This document shows positions 62,702-64,000 of a stretch of DNA of 64,000 bases, in pieces (positions within the stretch are counted from its first letter, which is position 1; each line of letters starts with the position of its first letter). Made by a program: the position numbers and the translations under genes. Origin of the DNA: Psammoneis japonica (Eukaryota); the NCBI GenBank assembly GCA_008632985.1, contig QPGO01000252.1, positions 1 to 64,000 on the forward strand, read 5' to 3'. The notes beneath the pieces were generated by a model. The model saw only the letters and a program-made list of their open reading frames with translations. It ran no database searches and was not told where the DNA came from.

Positions 62702-64000
62702 CTAGGGTGCCGTCTCGGTCGGCGTCGCTTCACGAGACACGCAAGTATCCGTCTGACATGGCATCTCTGGGGCCTTGTGCCAAAGTGCTCTAAAGTCCTT
62801 AATGGCACGGACAAGGTTTGCGCTGCTCTGATACGAAAAGCCGGTGGTCTTTGTGTATCCATCAATCCCGTAAAAAGCTTCTCCGTCGACCGCAGAAAAC
62901 TCAAACCGATGCGCCAAGGCGGGGTTGCTCTCAGGAAAGTCTGAGGTAGCGGCATAATCAAAGGTCCTTCCCTTATTGGTGTCCAAGGTTAGCTGGTACA
63001 GCTTGTTGTTGTACACGTAGCCAGCCACATTTACGATCCACTCGTCGTCATCGAGGTCGACACGGGGGTGAATGACTTTGCTGGGATTGGCTAAACCAAT
63101 CTTCCTTGAAAATGATGGCGCTCCCTCGCGCTCGACAAAGGTGTGAAAACCGACAATGGATGTCAAATCGCCTCTTCGAGTGGTACGTTGCACGATCTGG
63201 AATCCACTTACAGCCGCCTCAGGGCCCTTACCAGACTGATCCTCAGCACTTTCAAGCCTCCAGTAGTCGGGAGAAGCCTCGCGGTCCTTTGTGGTGCTGG
63301 GACTGATGAACTGCGTTTGGCGAAAGCGCTTCACCTGTTTCAAGGGAACACGTGGTGGGGGAAGAACAGAAGTCTTTCGCAGCTGCAAAGGTCCCAACTC
63401 AGCTACACGCAAGGTGTAGGAGAAAGACCCTCGAAAAAATGGGCCAAGACTGAAGCGAACTGCTGGTCGAACCCGCACAGTGGTGGTCCAACGATCGGCC
63501 CGGCGACTGTCCTCTGGCATGATATCCACCAACGCATCCGCCGAAAGTGACAATACTCCGGCCGCACTGACTTCTACACCCAACGAACCGCCAATGCCAG
63601 CAAAACGGGGTTTACCATCACCGACGTTGCTCACAGATACGGATGCAGATCCTAGCAACTCGACTGAGACCTCCTTTTTGCGTATTTCTGCTTTTACCTT
63701 GGCTGACATTTTTAGGCCACCCTGGATCGTTCCATTATCTCGCCAGATGAGATCTCCGCCTTTGCACACCACCACACTGACTTGTGCGAGACCCTTCACT
63801 TTGACTTTTTTGGGTGTGGCACATCCCCGAGCACTGCCCTGCACAAAAGTAAGCTCACCCGAGGGACCCGCAAAGTACTGACCATAGAGTTCCGCCGTAC
63901 GGTTCTTCGAATCACGAAAGAGCGAGTCAAAGCGATAACCGCTTTCCAAATCACCGGCCACGCTACGAGTGATCCTGGATATCCGGGCACACACTTTGGC
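62702..64000 (-). CDS. 3' part of a protein with a C-terminal jacalin-like lectin domain (5' end outside the window)
   Basis: Open frame running to the window edge. LDDDEWIVNVAGY..LYQLTLDTNKGRTF..FEFSA..AFYGIDG matches the jacalin beta-prism pattern; the upstream region is rich in beta-strands. Confidence 0.75.
   Translation of the reverse strand, partial: AKVCARISRITRSVAGDLESGYRFDSLFRDSKNRTAELYGQYFAGPSGELTFVQGSARGCATPKKVKVKGLAQVSVVVCKGGDLIWRDNGTIQGGLKMSAKVKAEIRKKEVSVELLGSASVSVSNVGDGKPRFAGIGGSLGVEVSAAGVLSLSADALVDIMPEDSRRADRWTTTVRVRPAVRFSLGPFFRGSFSYTLRVAELGPLQLRKTSVLPPPRVPLKQVKRFRQTQFISPSTTKDREASPDYWRLESAEDQSGKGPEAAVSGFQIVQRTTRRGDLTSIVGFHTFVEREGAPSFSRKIGLANPSKVIHPRVDLDDDEWIVNVAGYVYNNKLYQLTLDTNKGRTFDYAATSDFPESNPALAHRFEFSAVDGEAFYGIDGYTKTTGFSYQSSANLVRAIKDFRALWHKAPEMPCQTDTCVSREATPTETAP

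Overview
Eukaryotic genomic DNA, most likely from a pennate diatom (inferred from CoDi-like Ty1/copia remnants, short GT-AG introns, secreted proteins with RxL motifs and a signal-peptide-bearing Rieske oxygenase). The window alternates between two kinds of sequence. Gene islands of ordinary composition carry a PhyH-family dioxygenase, a secreted Cys-rich protein, a PAO/Tic55-like Rieske oxygenase, coatomer alpha, a secreted hypothetical protein, two duplicated exostosin/GT47 genes, an LRR gene, a mucin-like protein, a DEDDh RNA exonuclease and a jacalin-domain protein. Between them lie multi-kb blocks of dead transposons, repeats and a dead host-type gene in which both CpG and TpA are almost absent. 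Conserved-motif decay and in-window paralog pairs indicate the direction is TA->TG/CA as well as CG->TG/CA: Tyr codons become Cys or His, RT YVDD reads CVDD, and the two LTRs differ by TG<->CA swaps. The TpA-directed, both-strand, domain-restricted A->G process is the opposite of fungal RIP and is not explained by 5mC deamination. It is the main candidate for an undescribed genome-defence or DNA-modification system; no enzyme for it is visible in this window. Several intact-looking genes have single-base frameshifts in homopolymers, probably long-read assembly errors. All alignments and counts were done by eye.
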